Shown here piece after piece: positions 28,901-38,900 of a DNA stretch of 62,800 nt. Where the stretch lies: IMG/VR virus record IMGVR_UViG_3300042544_003430; one strand, 5' to 3'. Position 1 is the stretch's first letter. Each line of letters starts with the position of its first letter. Under the pieces are notes generated by a model, which was given only the letters and a program-made list of their open reading frames with translations, did no database searches and was not told the DNA's origin. This stretch comes from a virus (taxonomy: Duplodnaviria; Heunggongvirae; Uroviricota; Caudoviricetes). Position numbers and translations under genes: made by a program.

Positions 28901-30638
28901 AGAGTATTGTTTCCAAGATGCAGTTTCAGGTTGTAAATCATGTGATTCAGTAATAATTGACGTTATTAAATTACCTGAAATACAATTTGAATTTATACCT
29001 AGTCAATGTATTAACTTTCCTGAGTTAGATTTAAATAACTATGCTAAAGATAGAAACACAGATAAGTTTTTAGTAGATGGAATTTGGTCTACTGTTGAGT
29101 TTAGAAATTCAAGAGATAAATCAAATCCTACTATATCAAATGCTTTAAACAACTCAATAAAATTAAACAAATTCAACCCATCAGTTGCTGGAGCAGGACA
29201 GTATTTAATAAAATTATTTGATAATTCAAGTGGTTGTTTAGTTGAGGATAGTATAGAGGTAGTAGTTAATGGTTTACCTATTGTTAAAATAGATTTGCCT
29301 GACACTATTTGTTCAAGTTTATCTACATTAGAATTAACAAGTATACAACCCGGAGGAAATGTAGGTAAATGGTCAGGTGAAGGAGTTGTTGGAAATGAAT
29401 TTGATCCAAGTATTTCTCCTAAATCAAAACAATATGAAGGAAAATATAGAGTTAAATTTGAATATACAAACCCAATAACCAAATGTACAGATACTACAGC
29501 AGATCTTATATTAATACAAACTCAACCACAGATTGATATACTAAATTCTAATCCATACCAACAATGTGAAGATAAACAATTTATATTAAATGGTGATAAA
29601 AAATGGGTTAAAGATATTATTTGGAAAACTAATGGTGATGGATCATTTGTAAGACAAGGTAATGATTTGATTCAACTATATAATTATGGAATCGGTGATA
29701 CATCATTAGATGTTAGAAATGGTAGAGTTTTAATTACTTTGGAAAGTGTTGAAGAAGGTGTTTGTCCTTCAGCTAAAGATGATATTCAATTAATTATAGA
29801 ACCGTTACCACAATTTAATTTTATTGGTAATCCATTAATTCAGTGTGAACCAGGTAGAGTTGATTTTACTTCAATAGTTAGAAAACCATTAAGTAATATA
29901 AAATATGAATGGGAGTTTGGTAATAACGGTATATCAACCATAGCTAATCCAATTAATATTAAATATGATACTGCTAATAGAAATTGGTATGATGTAACTT
30001 TAATAGTAACAAATGATTGGGGTGGAGGTGTTTGTCAGAGTGTATTAACAAAAGAAGATTATATAAAAATACTACCTGTACCTGATGCTCAGTTTATTAA
30101 TGAACCTAATTTTACAACAGTAGCATTTCCTAAATTTAAATTTATCAATCAAACTCAGATTCGATGGGGATTAGATAGTGTTAAATACTTATGGTCTTTT
30201 GACTTTCCTGATACTGAAGACACTTCAACTCAAATCAATCCAATTAAAAATTATCTAGCAGACACTTCAGGATATTGGGTAAACTTAACTTCAAGTTTTA
30301 CATATGAAGATGTTACTTGTTTAGATTCAACCTCAAATATACTAACTATAGGTCCTGATGTTATTGTTTTTGCTCCAACAGCGTTTAGTCCTGAAAGAAC
30401 AGGACCTGATAGAAATAATAAATTCTACATTACAGTTAGCGGAGAAAAAACATTCGAAGCTATGTTGTTTAATAGATGGGGAGAAATTCTATGGAAAACT
30501 AAAGATAAAAATGAAGGTTGGGACGGTACCTACAAAAGAGAAGACTCACAACAAGACGTTTATGTTTGGAGAGTAAAGGTTTCTGCTTATGATGGTAAAG
30601 TATATTATTACGAAGGAACGGTAACCCTACTAAGATAA
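25965..30638 (+). CDS. Large secreted Bacteroidota-type surface protein with PKD domains and T9SS type B (gliding-motility-associated, CHU_C) C-terminal domain
   Basis: Signal peptide; ATHMMGGDISY...IYRDC N-terminus; YEWEFG PKD; FAPTAFSP...LFNRWG...GWDG...DVYVW...GTVTLLR terminus. Confidence 0.88.
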   Translation: MKNLFKLLLLSLLLFLPAKASATHMMGGDISYECISPGKYKLFIKIYRDCRGISFNNPTISAYCVDGNGGITNNTPITYTRTAINDITPNCSSGTAPCNPENTTVTSEGIEEHVFEAIMDFNTDPFKALKDAGCCEIRIKVEQCCRNDAINTINPGNFFTDAMINICNIAKTKKKCNTSPQLSIPPVAYICCNQPFRYNNGVREVTDGDSLSYELSTPLSAHNTNENYAGGFNSQIPMTPYCPPNPGIINCRPLPNANPPRGIYFDKETGDIVFTPTKCDEVGVIVIQINEWRKDSTTNKWILIGFTRRDMQLIVKQCPDNNPPSFPDSKNKYSVCEGEKICFRIKTKDDPFLPNQTRADTTTLTWNNGIPGATFNIVNLNVREREAEFCWTTKIGDARPNPYSFTVTVKDDNCPKPASANRGYNITVAPRAVDTRKYTVLDCGKLKFTATPKDTVNYNPKNYRYKYVIRDSTNSGVPFFMTFNRTDSFKFKRGGKYIIEHEINNPPFNCPTIYSDTIIIPPVLDVELSFGKDTFICAGNSLTVEPIVAYGFAPYKFRWEVPVGTHNPADTLNKITITPTQTTRIALRLTDKNKCVDSDTILIKYIKNPIVDLGPDRRICTYDFATLDAQNADTLMYEWSSNGVTIIGSSTLVVNLYEKIFPSQKYSVKVLDSVYKCFDTDTIEVFVNDTVIALSGGDREICIFDTLKVTSKRKPLGYTRQITWRDIISGTTMATDSAFSLRISTLATRKYEMLLRVNQKGVICEDLDTFTLTVNPLPAFTPTILPPRCYQDGAINLNLANFATANNKTIPADSIRFFQTKTPSWITGGPVGRNTFVWNFPIYITNAQVPKAGLTDVISYDYRDKKGCYNRGSHSIRLNPNPVVKLRERSFCQKPYLPTNGSGNTSGSQYGESLVDLSVLIVSPFSRIGGIETFRCLSVPDGSGVNPDLIIFWDNSIPAKPLFDPGSPEEPQKTGKYEIEYCFQDAVSGCKSCDSVIIDVIKLPEIQFEFIPSQCINFPELDLNNYAKDRNTDKFLVDGIWSTVEFRNSRDKSNPTISNALNNSIKLNKFNPSVAGAGQYLIKLFDNSSGCLVEDSIEVVVNGLPIVKIDLPDTICSSLSTLELTSIQPGGNVGKWSGEGVVGNEFDPSISPKSKQYEGKYRVKFEYTNPITKCTDTTADLILIQTQPQIDILNSNPYQQCEDKQFILNGDKKWVKDIIWKTNGDGSFVRQGNDLIQLYNYGIGDTSLDVRNGRVLITLESVEEGVCPSAKDDIQLIIEPLPQFNFIGNPLIQCEPGRVDFTSIVRKPLSNIKYEWEFGNNGISTIANPINIKYDTANRNWYDVTLIVTNDWGGGVCQSVLTKEDYIKILPVPDAQFINEPNFTTVAFPKFKFINQTQIRWGLDSVKYLWSFDFPDTEDTSTQINPIKNYLADTSGYWVNLTSSFTYEDVTCLDSTSNILTIGPDVIVFAPTAFSPERTGPDRNNKFYITVSGEKTFEAMLFNRWGEILWKTKDKNEGWDGTYKREDSQQDVYVWRVKVSAYDGKVYYYEGTVTLLR

Positions 30639-30649
30639 TTTATTCTGAC

Positions 30650-30657
30650 GATATATA
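30650..30657 (+). promoter_or_regulatory. Putative late promoter GATATATA
   Basis: Upstream of the neck/terminase operon; followed by a GAGGG-GAAA-CCCTC hairpin (30659-30672). Confidence 0.6.
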
Positions 30658-30690
30658 AGAGGGGAAACCCTCAATATATTGTTAGATTAA

Positions 30691-33246
30691 ATGACATTTT
30701 ATCCAGAAAATAGATTTCCTAAAGAAGGACAGCCAGTTTACAATGGTAACGGCGAACAGTACGACGTCTCGGACCCGAGATATGCGTATCAGGATGGTCT
30801 TGCTAACACAGCAAAACCGGGACCTTCGAGCACAAATAATCTTTTTTCTACACCGGAAGGAGCTTTAGCGAGAGCTGCTCAGATAGGATGTAATGGTTAT
30901 CACACCAAAGGGGTTGCCGATCCCAATGGAGGAACTGCTTATTTCTATTCCCCTTGTGGTGACAATATCATTAATATTACAGGGGAAGAGTGGTTAGCTC
31001 TAAGACAAGAGCAAATAGATTCCGCCCTTAATTTTACCTATATTGGAAGTTACAGGGTTTTAAGCTGGGATAAACCATACACTAACGTTTCTTCTGTCAA
31101 TGGATGGATAATTGATTCTGTTAACACCTCGACCAATCCTGTTGATCTCGATGCACAAGATATTGTGATTGATTTCAGATATAGCATAGACGGAGAAACC
31201 TGGTCTCTATGGACAAACGTTGGAACTGCTTTAACGGGAATATCCCAAAGCACAACTTCAAATGACAGAGCAATTCCTTTCTCAATTACTTTAGATCCAA
31301 CTAATCCATTTTATCCGGAGTTTAGATTTACTTCTACAGCAAAGAATAACGACGGATCTATAGCATATTCAGGTAATGAACCAATTTCTCCTACGATTGC
31401 GATTGTTAATTTTGATTTAGATCTAACCTATAATTCTGTTTACGATCCAACCAATGACATTATAAGAGCTCCAGTTCCAACCTGCTCGGAAGAAAAAAGT
31501 AATAGACCGGTAGTTTTTAATAACGACTGCGGAGTTATAACTTTCAATCCTTATGCAGTTAATACAGCTTTAAATCTTTATCAAGATCTAAGTCTTTCCG
31601 TTAATAAATTATTTGGATGGGAAGTTAATTACTATTCAGTCCAAGCACAATCCAGATCCAAAGACGTTGTTCTAAAAGAATACACTTTGTATGATGTGGT
31701 TGATGAAAAGTGTGTTAAGGTAATGGTTCCAAATAACCAATTTCCCGACAACAAGATCAATTACGATCCGTTCGGACTTCAATTTGAAGAACCTTTTGAG
31801 ATTCACATTGACAAGATTTATTTTGAATCTTTCTTTGGCAGAGGAGCACAACCTAGAAAAAGAGATATAATTTATTTTCCTCTAACTAATAGAATTTACG
31901 AGATAAATTCCATGTATTTGTTCAGAGATTTTATGTATGCTCCGGTTTATTTTAAAATCGAGTTAAAAAAATATCAACCAAAATCAAATACCTACTACAA
32001 GGACCCTGCTTACAAAGAGGAACTTGATGGTATTGCTTTAAATTCACAAACTCTATTTGGAGCTGAAATAAACGATCAAGAAAAACAATTGACCAAACCT
32101 CAGCAGTACTCTACTAGCACTCAAGATAGATCACCAGATCCTATCAGATCATATTTATATTCCGGCTTACCAATCGTAGGATACGATTTAAACAACAACT
32201 GGACAATAGTATTCAATCACTATTACGATATGGACGAAGCGTTTAGATATGACCCAGAGTTCATCTACGATCCAAATGAATATAGACAAGCAGTCAGATA
32301 TAAGACCCTTCCTATTTTAACAGCAACTAGCGAGATAGCATACACTGCTTGGTTTACTATTAGAAATTATTTTGATCAATCCAAGCTTACTAAGAGAGCA
32401 TACCCTTCACTTGCTATAAGTGTTGTTTCCTCTTCTGCTACTGAAATAATTTACACAACATATCCTTACAAACACAACCTTCAGAGATGGATATCATATT
32501 CACAGAATCCAGAAGGTTATGTTTCTATTCTTGCCGATGCTAATCACACCGGTGGATTTAGAGTTAAAAATGTAATAGACGATTATCAATTCTCTGTTGC
32601 AAATCCAAATACTCCGATGGAATCCGACAGAAGTTCTTGGAGAATGCAAAAAGCACAAGCTAGAAATTTACTAGACGGTCTTTTCCTTGCTTCTAGCGGA
32701 GACGTAAAAGGAACAAGAATCGACATTATTCATTCCGGATCCGACGAGCCTTCAAATTCTAGTTATCTAGGAGTTGGAAGTATCGAGGTAGTTTTGAACG
32801 ATTTGGTAATTAACTCTCCTCTCCAATTTAAAGCAATTTATGGGGAATGGTATGCTGTGGTGGTTAACGTTTCGAACAAATATAAACAAGTTGCTATTAA
32901 TTTCTGGGAGATGTCTTATGATCCAACAAATCCACAGGATCAGTCGAGCAATCTGAAAAATATTCACGAGTATGTTAAATCTCTCTCTACAACCTATACA
33001 TTTGCAGCAGAACCTGATTTAAATCAAGATCTAAATTCTCCTTACTATGGAACTGATAACAATTCCTACAAGATTATTACATCTCCTTTATTATTAAGTA
33101 ATATAAGACTATTCAAACAAATGATAGATATAGATAAGCAATCTATAGTTCTGAACCAGTCTATTGTTAGAGATGCACAGCTTGCACACATTATAGATAA
33201 CGCACAGCCTAAACTTAAATTGCCTAAATTTGCTAACAGAAAGTAA
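30691..33246 (+). CDS. Neck protein (T4 gp14-like core) with long N- and C-terminal extensions
   Basis: FGLQFEE...PRKRDIIYFPLTNRIYEI resembles the gp14 core; C-terminal beta-rich LamG-like region. Confidence 0.6.
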   Translation: MTFYPENRFPKEGQPVYNGNGEQYDVSDPRYAYQDGLANTAKPGPSSTNNLFSTPEGALARAAQIGCNGYHTKGVADPNGGTAYFYSPCGDNIINITGEEWLALRQEQIDSALNFTYIGSYRVLSWDKPYTNVSSVNGWIIDSVNTSTNPVDLDAQDIVIDFRYSIDGETWSLWTNVGTALTGISQSTTSNDRAIPFSITLDPTNPFYPEFRFTSTAKNNDGSIAYSGNEPISPTIAIVNFDLDLTYNSVYDPTNDIIRAPVPTCSEEKSNRPVVFNNDCGVITFNPYAVNTALNLYQDLSLSVNKLFGWEVNYYSVQAQSRSKDVVLKEYTLYDVVDEKCVKVMVPNNQFPDNKINYDPFGLQFEEPFEIHIDKIYFESFFGRGAQPRKRDIIYFPLTNRIYEINSMYLFRDFMYAPVYFKIELKKYQPKSNTYYKDPAYKEELDGIALNSQTLFGAEINDQEKQLTKPQQYSTSTQDRSPDPIRSYLYSGLPIVGYDLNNNWTIVFNHYYDMDEAFRYDPEFIYDPNEYRQAVRYKTLPILTATSEIAYTAWFTIRNYFDQSKLTKRAYPSLAISVVSSSATEIIYTTYPYKHNLQRWISYSQNPEGYVSILADANHTGGFRVKNVIDDYQFSVANPNTPMESDRSSWRMQKAQARNLLDGLFLASSGDVKGTRIDIIHSGSDEPSNSSYLGVGSIEVVLNDLVINSPLQFKAIYGEWYAVVVNVSNKYKQVAINFWEMSYDPTNPQDQSSNLKNIHEYVKSLSTTYTFAAEPDLNQDLNSPYYGTDNNSYKIITSPLLLSNIRLFKQMIDIDKQSIVLNQSIVRDAQLAHIIDNAQPKLKLPKFANRK

Positions 33247-33266
33247 TTTCTTAAACATAAAAATAT

Positions 33267-34049
33267 ATGCCAAGAAGAAAACCAAAACCAGAAAAAGTTG
33301 TACAGGACAATATTAAAAATGCCCTTGACTCAATTTTAATGGAGGAAAATCTAGAATATGAAGGAGTTAATCCTTTGGACCTTCCTAGATTAAAAACAAC
33401 AGACATTATGGACTTTGCTTCTGCGAAGTCGGACACGGGTGCGGATGCGAGAATGCTCATGGCTTCAATTGTTGATTTCTATTTAAAGGAGAATCTAATT
33501 GAAAAAACGGACTATGTAGCTTACAAGCAAAAGATAGATGCAATGAATTTGTCTTCTATGATGCTTCAGCTTAGAACTGCTCAGCACGCTATTACAAAAC
33601 TTTTGGAAGAAATAGATCTAGGGAATGCTAACCCTAGAATGTTTGAAGTTTTAGCCCAATTGCAATCCCAGATAATGCAGATGCCGAAAGATTATCAGCA
33701 CTACATGAATAAAATGGAAGACAGCTACATCAGACTTAGAGCTGAGGGAGAACAAAAAGCCTATGCTGGAGCAATGCCAATGGATTACAATTCCCAAACT
33801 GGATCCCCTTCGGTAGAAGGAGGAATTCATTCTCACAGACAGGAGGGAATTAAAGTTAGAGGAACTAAAGGCCTAATGGAGGGACTTAGGGATATTCTAG
33901 GAACTGAAATCGAAGATGCTATTATAGATGAAACAAATGAAAATTCTATAGTCAATGCAAAAAGAAAAGAGGAACTTGGAATTACCCGAAATGACATAAC
34001 TATGGACGGGGACAATACACTAGAAATAGACGACAGTCTATTTAATTAA
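33267..34049 (+). CDS. Hypothetical protein; terminase small subunit candidate
   Basis: Helical protein directly upstream of TerL; NPRMFEVLAQL segment. Assigned by position only. Confidence 0.4.
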   Translation: MPRRKPKPEKVVQDNIKNALDSILMEENLEYEGVNPLDLPRLKTTDIMDFASAKSDTGADARMLMASIVDFYLKENLIEKTDYVAYKQKIDAMNLSSMMLQLRTAQHAITKLLEEIDLGNANPRMFEVLAQLQSQIMQMPKDYQHYMNKMEDSYIRLRAEGEQKAYAGAMPMDYNSQTGSPSVEGGIHSHRQEGIKVRGTKGLMEGLRDILGTEIEDAIIDETNENSIVNAKRKEELGITRNDITMDGDNTLEIDDSLFN

Positions 34050-34054
34050 AATTT

Positions 34055-35857
34055 ATGCCAGAAATAGAAGAGAATGAAAGTAATTATTGGTCCACCGATA
34101 GAGTAAACGAACTTCTTTGGAAGATTGAAGAACAAGGACTGGACTATAAAGAAGTTGATAACCCGTTTCACGACGGAGATCCTGAATTAAAAAGGGCGAA
34201 TATACTTTGGGAATATACCCAAGAAGAAATCCTAGAGATTGAAAGATGTGCTAAAGATGTAACTTACTTCGCTAAATACTGCCAAGTAATGATGGACCAC
34301 GGTCTAGATTACATCAAGCTTAGAGATTACCAAGCTTCGGTTTTAAAAGAATACCAAAGCCACAGATTTAATGTTTTTCTAGCACCTCGTCAGGTTGGTA
34401 AATCCATCACGTCAGCTATTATTTTAGTTTGGTATCTTGTGTTCAATCATGAGAAAAATGCAATGATTCTTGCAAACGTTGGATCTACAGCGGAAGAATT
34501 AATGTCCAAATTGAAAGAAATTGTCAGAGGTCTTCCTTGGTTTTTAAAACCAGGGATAGTTGTTAATAATGTAATGTCTCTTAAATTCGATAATGGATGT
34601 AGAGCAATCGGTAAAACAACAACAAAAACTTCAGCGATTGGTTTTACAATTCACTTTTTATACATGGATGAGTTTGCTCACATTCATCCGAACTTCATAG
34701 AATCTTTCTTTAGATCAACATACCCCACAGTTTCTTCTTCAAAAGTTTCAAGAATTATTATCACTTCTACCCCAAACGGGCAGAATAAATTCTGGGAAAT
34801 TTATCAAGGAGCTTTGAATGGAGATAATACTTTTAATCCAATTAGGGTTGACTGGTGGCAAGTTCCCGGAAGAGACGAAGCGTGGAAAAAAGATGAGATT
34901 GCCAACTTGGGAAGTGAAGAACTTTTCAATCAAGAATACGGAAATCAGTTTTTAAGTTCATCTACTTTACTTTTAGGATCAAAAGAGCTACAAAAAATTA
35001 AGAGCAATGAAACTGAATATGTTTGGAAAGAAGTTGAAGAGTTTGATAATCTAGGAATAAACTATAAAAATTTCAGATGGCATCCTAAATTTGATCCAAA
35101 TGTAGTCGATCCGACAGGAAAAAAATATGTTCTTTCAATAGATCTTGCTGGAGGAGGTGGAGGAGATTTTACAGTTCTGAATGTGTTTAAAGTTGTTCCT
35201 CTCCCTAAAAAAGTTATAGAAGAACTAGAAGACTTCGAAGATGAATCAGATTTCTTTGGTTTGCTTCAAGTTGGGGTTTACAGAGACAATGAGGTTCAGC
35301 TTGAGGACTTTAAAAAAATCCCAGAAACCCTAATAACCATGTTTGGTGTTGATAGAGTTAAAATACTTCTCGAATTAAACTATAAAGGGGAGCTCTTGAT
35401 GGATAAGATCCTAGCAAACGATAGTATTTCTGAAGAAGTATTTGTGTACACTAAGCATAGCGAAACTGCTAGAGTTAAAAAACCAGGAATAAAATACAGT
35501 GGAAATAACAAATTAAAGTATTGTGAATCCCTAAGACAAATTATTCGGGTTAATCGGGCAATTATAAATGAGAAAAAATGGACAATCTCTGAGCTATTTT
35601 CTTTTGGAATGAATGGAAGGGGGACATACTCCTCCCAATCTGGTCACGATGATGTTGCCATGACCCTAGTTAATCTCTCAGCTCTATTTGATTCTAGTGA
35701 TTTTTCTGACTTAATTGAAGATCTTTATGACGAAATTGATTCCTCCTATAGAAATATTATAGAAAAAAAACTAGTGGGAGGAAATTCCCCTGAAAATAAT
35801 AGCAAGATGAAAACTAAAGATGGAGGATTTTATGATTCGTTCAATTCTCTTCTCTAA
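34055..35857 (+). CDS. gp17: Terminase large subunit (T4 gp17-like)
   Basis: APRQVGKS, YMDEFAHI, IITSTPNG, FNQEYG, IDLAGG and HDDVAM. Confidence 0.95.
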   Translation: MPEIEENESNYWSTDRVNELLWKIEEQGLDYKEVDNPFHDGDPELKRANILWEYTQEEILEIERCAKDVTYFAKYCQVMMDHGLDYIKLRDYQASVLKEYQSHRFNVFLAPRQVGKSITSAIILVWYLVFNHEKNAMILANVGSTAEELMSKLKEIVRGLPWFLKPGIVVNNVMSLKFDNGCRAIGKTTTKTSAIGFTIHFLYMDEFAHIHPNFIESFFRSTYPTVSSSKVSRIIITSTPNGQNKFWEIYQGALNGDNTFNPIRVDWWQVPGRDEAWKKDEIANLGSEELFNQEYGNQFLSSSTLLLGSKELQKIKSNETEYVWKEVEEFDNLGINYKNFRWHPKFDPNVVDPTGKKYVLSIDLAGGGGGDFTVLNVFKVVPLPKKVIEELEDFEDESDFFGLLQVGVYRDNEVQLEDFKKIPETLITMFGVDRVKILLELNYKGELLMDKILANDSISEEVFVYTKHSETARVKKPGIKYSGNNKLKYCESLRQIIRVNRAIINEKKWTISELFSFGMNGRGTYSSQSGHDDVAMTLVNLSALFDSSDFSDLIEDLYDEIDSSYRNIIEKKLVGGNSPENNSKMKTKDGGFYDSFNSLL

Positions 35858-35874
35858 AAATGATTTCTTTATCG

Positions 35875-35930
35875 GATATATAAATCAAAACTAGTAAGCT
35901 CTAATTTGTATAGAGTTAGTTAGATATATA
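35875..35930 (+). promoter_or_regulatory. Two putative late promoters GATATATA (35875, 35923)
   Basis: Upstream of the tail sheath gene. Confidence 0.65.
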
Positions 35931-35954
35931 CAAAGCAAAAAATACCACTGAATA

Positions 35955-38900
35955 ATGGCACAAAAAGTCAAACTTGATTTATCCCAATTTAAAGCATCTG
36001 GAGTTTATACCCTGGAATTCGATGCGTCTGCAAACGTTATCTTAACATCTCAGACTATTCGTCTGGTAGTTGGATTTTCTAATAAAGGACCATTCAACGC
36101 ACCAGTCTATATTCCAGACGTTACTACCGCGTTAGCTATTTTTGGAGACATAGATAAAACTCTAGAAGCAAAAGGATCTTATTTTCAAAGATCTATCTTT
36201 ACCTGCTTAAACGCAGGACCAGTATTCGCTCTTAATTTATTAAGATTGAATAATGATGTAGATAGTCCAACTGCAGATAAAACTCCTTATTTTGGATATT
36301 CCGTAGATACAGAGCAGAAGAACGGGGTTCTTACTGAGAGACTTTATGCTTCTTATTATAACAAAGAGAGATTCTGGTATGCAGATACAAAGTATTTTCT
36401 AGCTACTAGATCAATAATTGACCAAGGAAGAATCTTCAACCTAGTAAATCTAGGTTCAGATGCAATGTCTGTGATTGTTAGAAAATCTACAGATGCTAAT
36501 CCTCCTTTATTAGGTTATGACATTTTTGCTATTGATTGGTATGGTGCAGGAAACGTTCCTTCTTATGTTAACCCTTATGACTATATCTCGGACTGGTTTA
36601 TCGATGTGATAGCAGTTTCTGGGGATTGGACAGATTATGCAGCTCTTTCTCAAGATCCAAAATGGAGTAGTTTCTTTACTGCAAATGGATTCATTAAGAG
36701 CCAAATGAATAATTTCTTGAATCAGCAAGACGTTGAAATTGTATCAGTTACTACCGGATGTTTAATTATTGACTTTGTTAACCTAAACGGCAACAATGAA
36801 TACATCCAAACTCTTATTAACAACAATACCCCTTCAAACGGTTTATTCTGTGCGATTGATGAAGATGCTTTAGAAAATCTTTGTACTAATCCTTATAAGG
36901 TTGACTTAGTGGGTAATCACTTAATCGACGAACTTTCTGGAGATAGAGATATTGAAGATGCAAAGCTTAATTTCTTAAGTTATGATCAGAATCTTTTACA
37001 AGATTATTTGTACACAAGAAACTATTCTAATCTTCAAGATAACGCAGGTATCACTGGAGCAACCGGAGCTATTAATGTAGGTACTTTATATTGTTTACCT
37101 TCCGTAGCTGCTACAACAACTTGGGGTGGTACTGCTGGTGTTAATGTACTAGGATTTAATACTTACGATCCTAATGCTTATGTTGGAGGATTACACTTCT
37201 TAACAGCAGTAACCGGAGCTTCAGGATCTTTTGCGGGACTAAGTGCAGCAGATCTATTAGATCTTCAAACTTTCTTAACCCCATCTTCTACTTCAAATCC
37301 TTACGTAGTAGGACAAATTTCAGGACTTACTGGAAGTGATTCTATAATCGACCAATTCTCAAATGGGGATCTTGTAAAATTAAAAGTTGCAAATGTTGCA
37401 CAAGTAAGTGGAAGTTTAAGAATTGCATTCAGTCATCCTTTGGATATTTCTAAATATAGAGCTTTAGGAATCTCGGTAACACCTTTAGCAGATGATTTTG
37501 CTGGATCAACATATTCACCTTATGGAATAACAGGAGCAATCTTAGGGGGTACAGCATCCTATCAATTCGGTGCTTCCGATGCTTTAGGAATCCAATTTAC
37601 TCTAGGACCAGGAGGAACGTCAGCTACTGGCCCTCAAGCTCCTACTGGATTCGCTAATGCTTTATTAGGTCAAATCACAACTCCCTTCTATCAGAATGTT
37701 CTGTATGCAGAGCTTCAGGACGGGGATACCATCTATGATAATGCATCTGGATCTTCTCCTCAATATTTAGCTTATAAACAAGACGTAGACAGAGATCAAT
37801 ATGCTATCACCTATGCTTTTGGATATAGCAACATTTCCAGATCTTCAAATAGTTTAGAACCTTTGGTTAATTTTGGAGCGTCTTATGCTTCTGTAAGTAC
37901 AGGACAAATCGCAGGATATCCAGCTACTAATAAATTGGATATTATATCTTCCATCGGAAGTATTAACGAATACATCGATGTACAAGGAGGGATAAACGGA
38001 AAACTTAGCGTTACTTCTTTTAGTTTGGACAGCAACCTTTACACCGTTTCAGTTGGAGATCTATTAGTTTCTACTGACTTAGATCTTTGCCAAGTTGGAA
38101 ATGCTAACAGACAACAAAGGTTGACCAAAGTTACCTCGGTAGCTACAACATCTCTTTCTGGTATAGTAACAGTAACTACTGCAAGACCTATCTACTTCTA
38201 CTCAGGTGGAAATACAGGATTACAAGTACAGAAATTCCAATCAATTCCTCAATTCACAACTTCATTTGACTTCACATACCTTGAAGGATTTCAATTGAGT
38301 GACTTCCACAGACCTAATGGTCAAGATGCTAGAATAACTGAAATTTTAGATGTTATGTACAACACTAACATTGCAGCAACTCTTGCAACTAAAGACGTTA
38401 TTTCATTCAGGTACATCGTAGATACATTTAGTGGAGTGATTCTTCCGAACTCTAAATACCAATTGAGTAAATTGGCAATGATGAGAGGACAAGCACTTGC
38501 ATTTATTAATGCACCTTCAATGGCTCAGTTCCAAGAATCTGTAGATCCTAGATTTACAGCAGCACCTACTGCAGCTGATCCATATCCAGCACTACAAACC
38601 CAATATATTGCAGACGGAGGTAACTTAGCTCTGAACCCATCATATACTTTCTCTTTACCAACTCAAGCTTTAGGAGCTTCATTCGCAGCATTCTATGCTC
38701 CTTATGTTACTTTAAGAGAGAACAACAGAAACGTGAACGTTCCACCAGCAGCATTTGTTTCCAACAATTTCGTTGCTAAATTTGCAAACGGAGAACCTTA
38801 CGCAATCGTAGCAGGACAAAAGAGAGGAACTATTGCAGGAACAAACTTAGTAGGACTTGAATATGACTTCACTTTAGAAGATAGATCTTATCTGGAGCCT

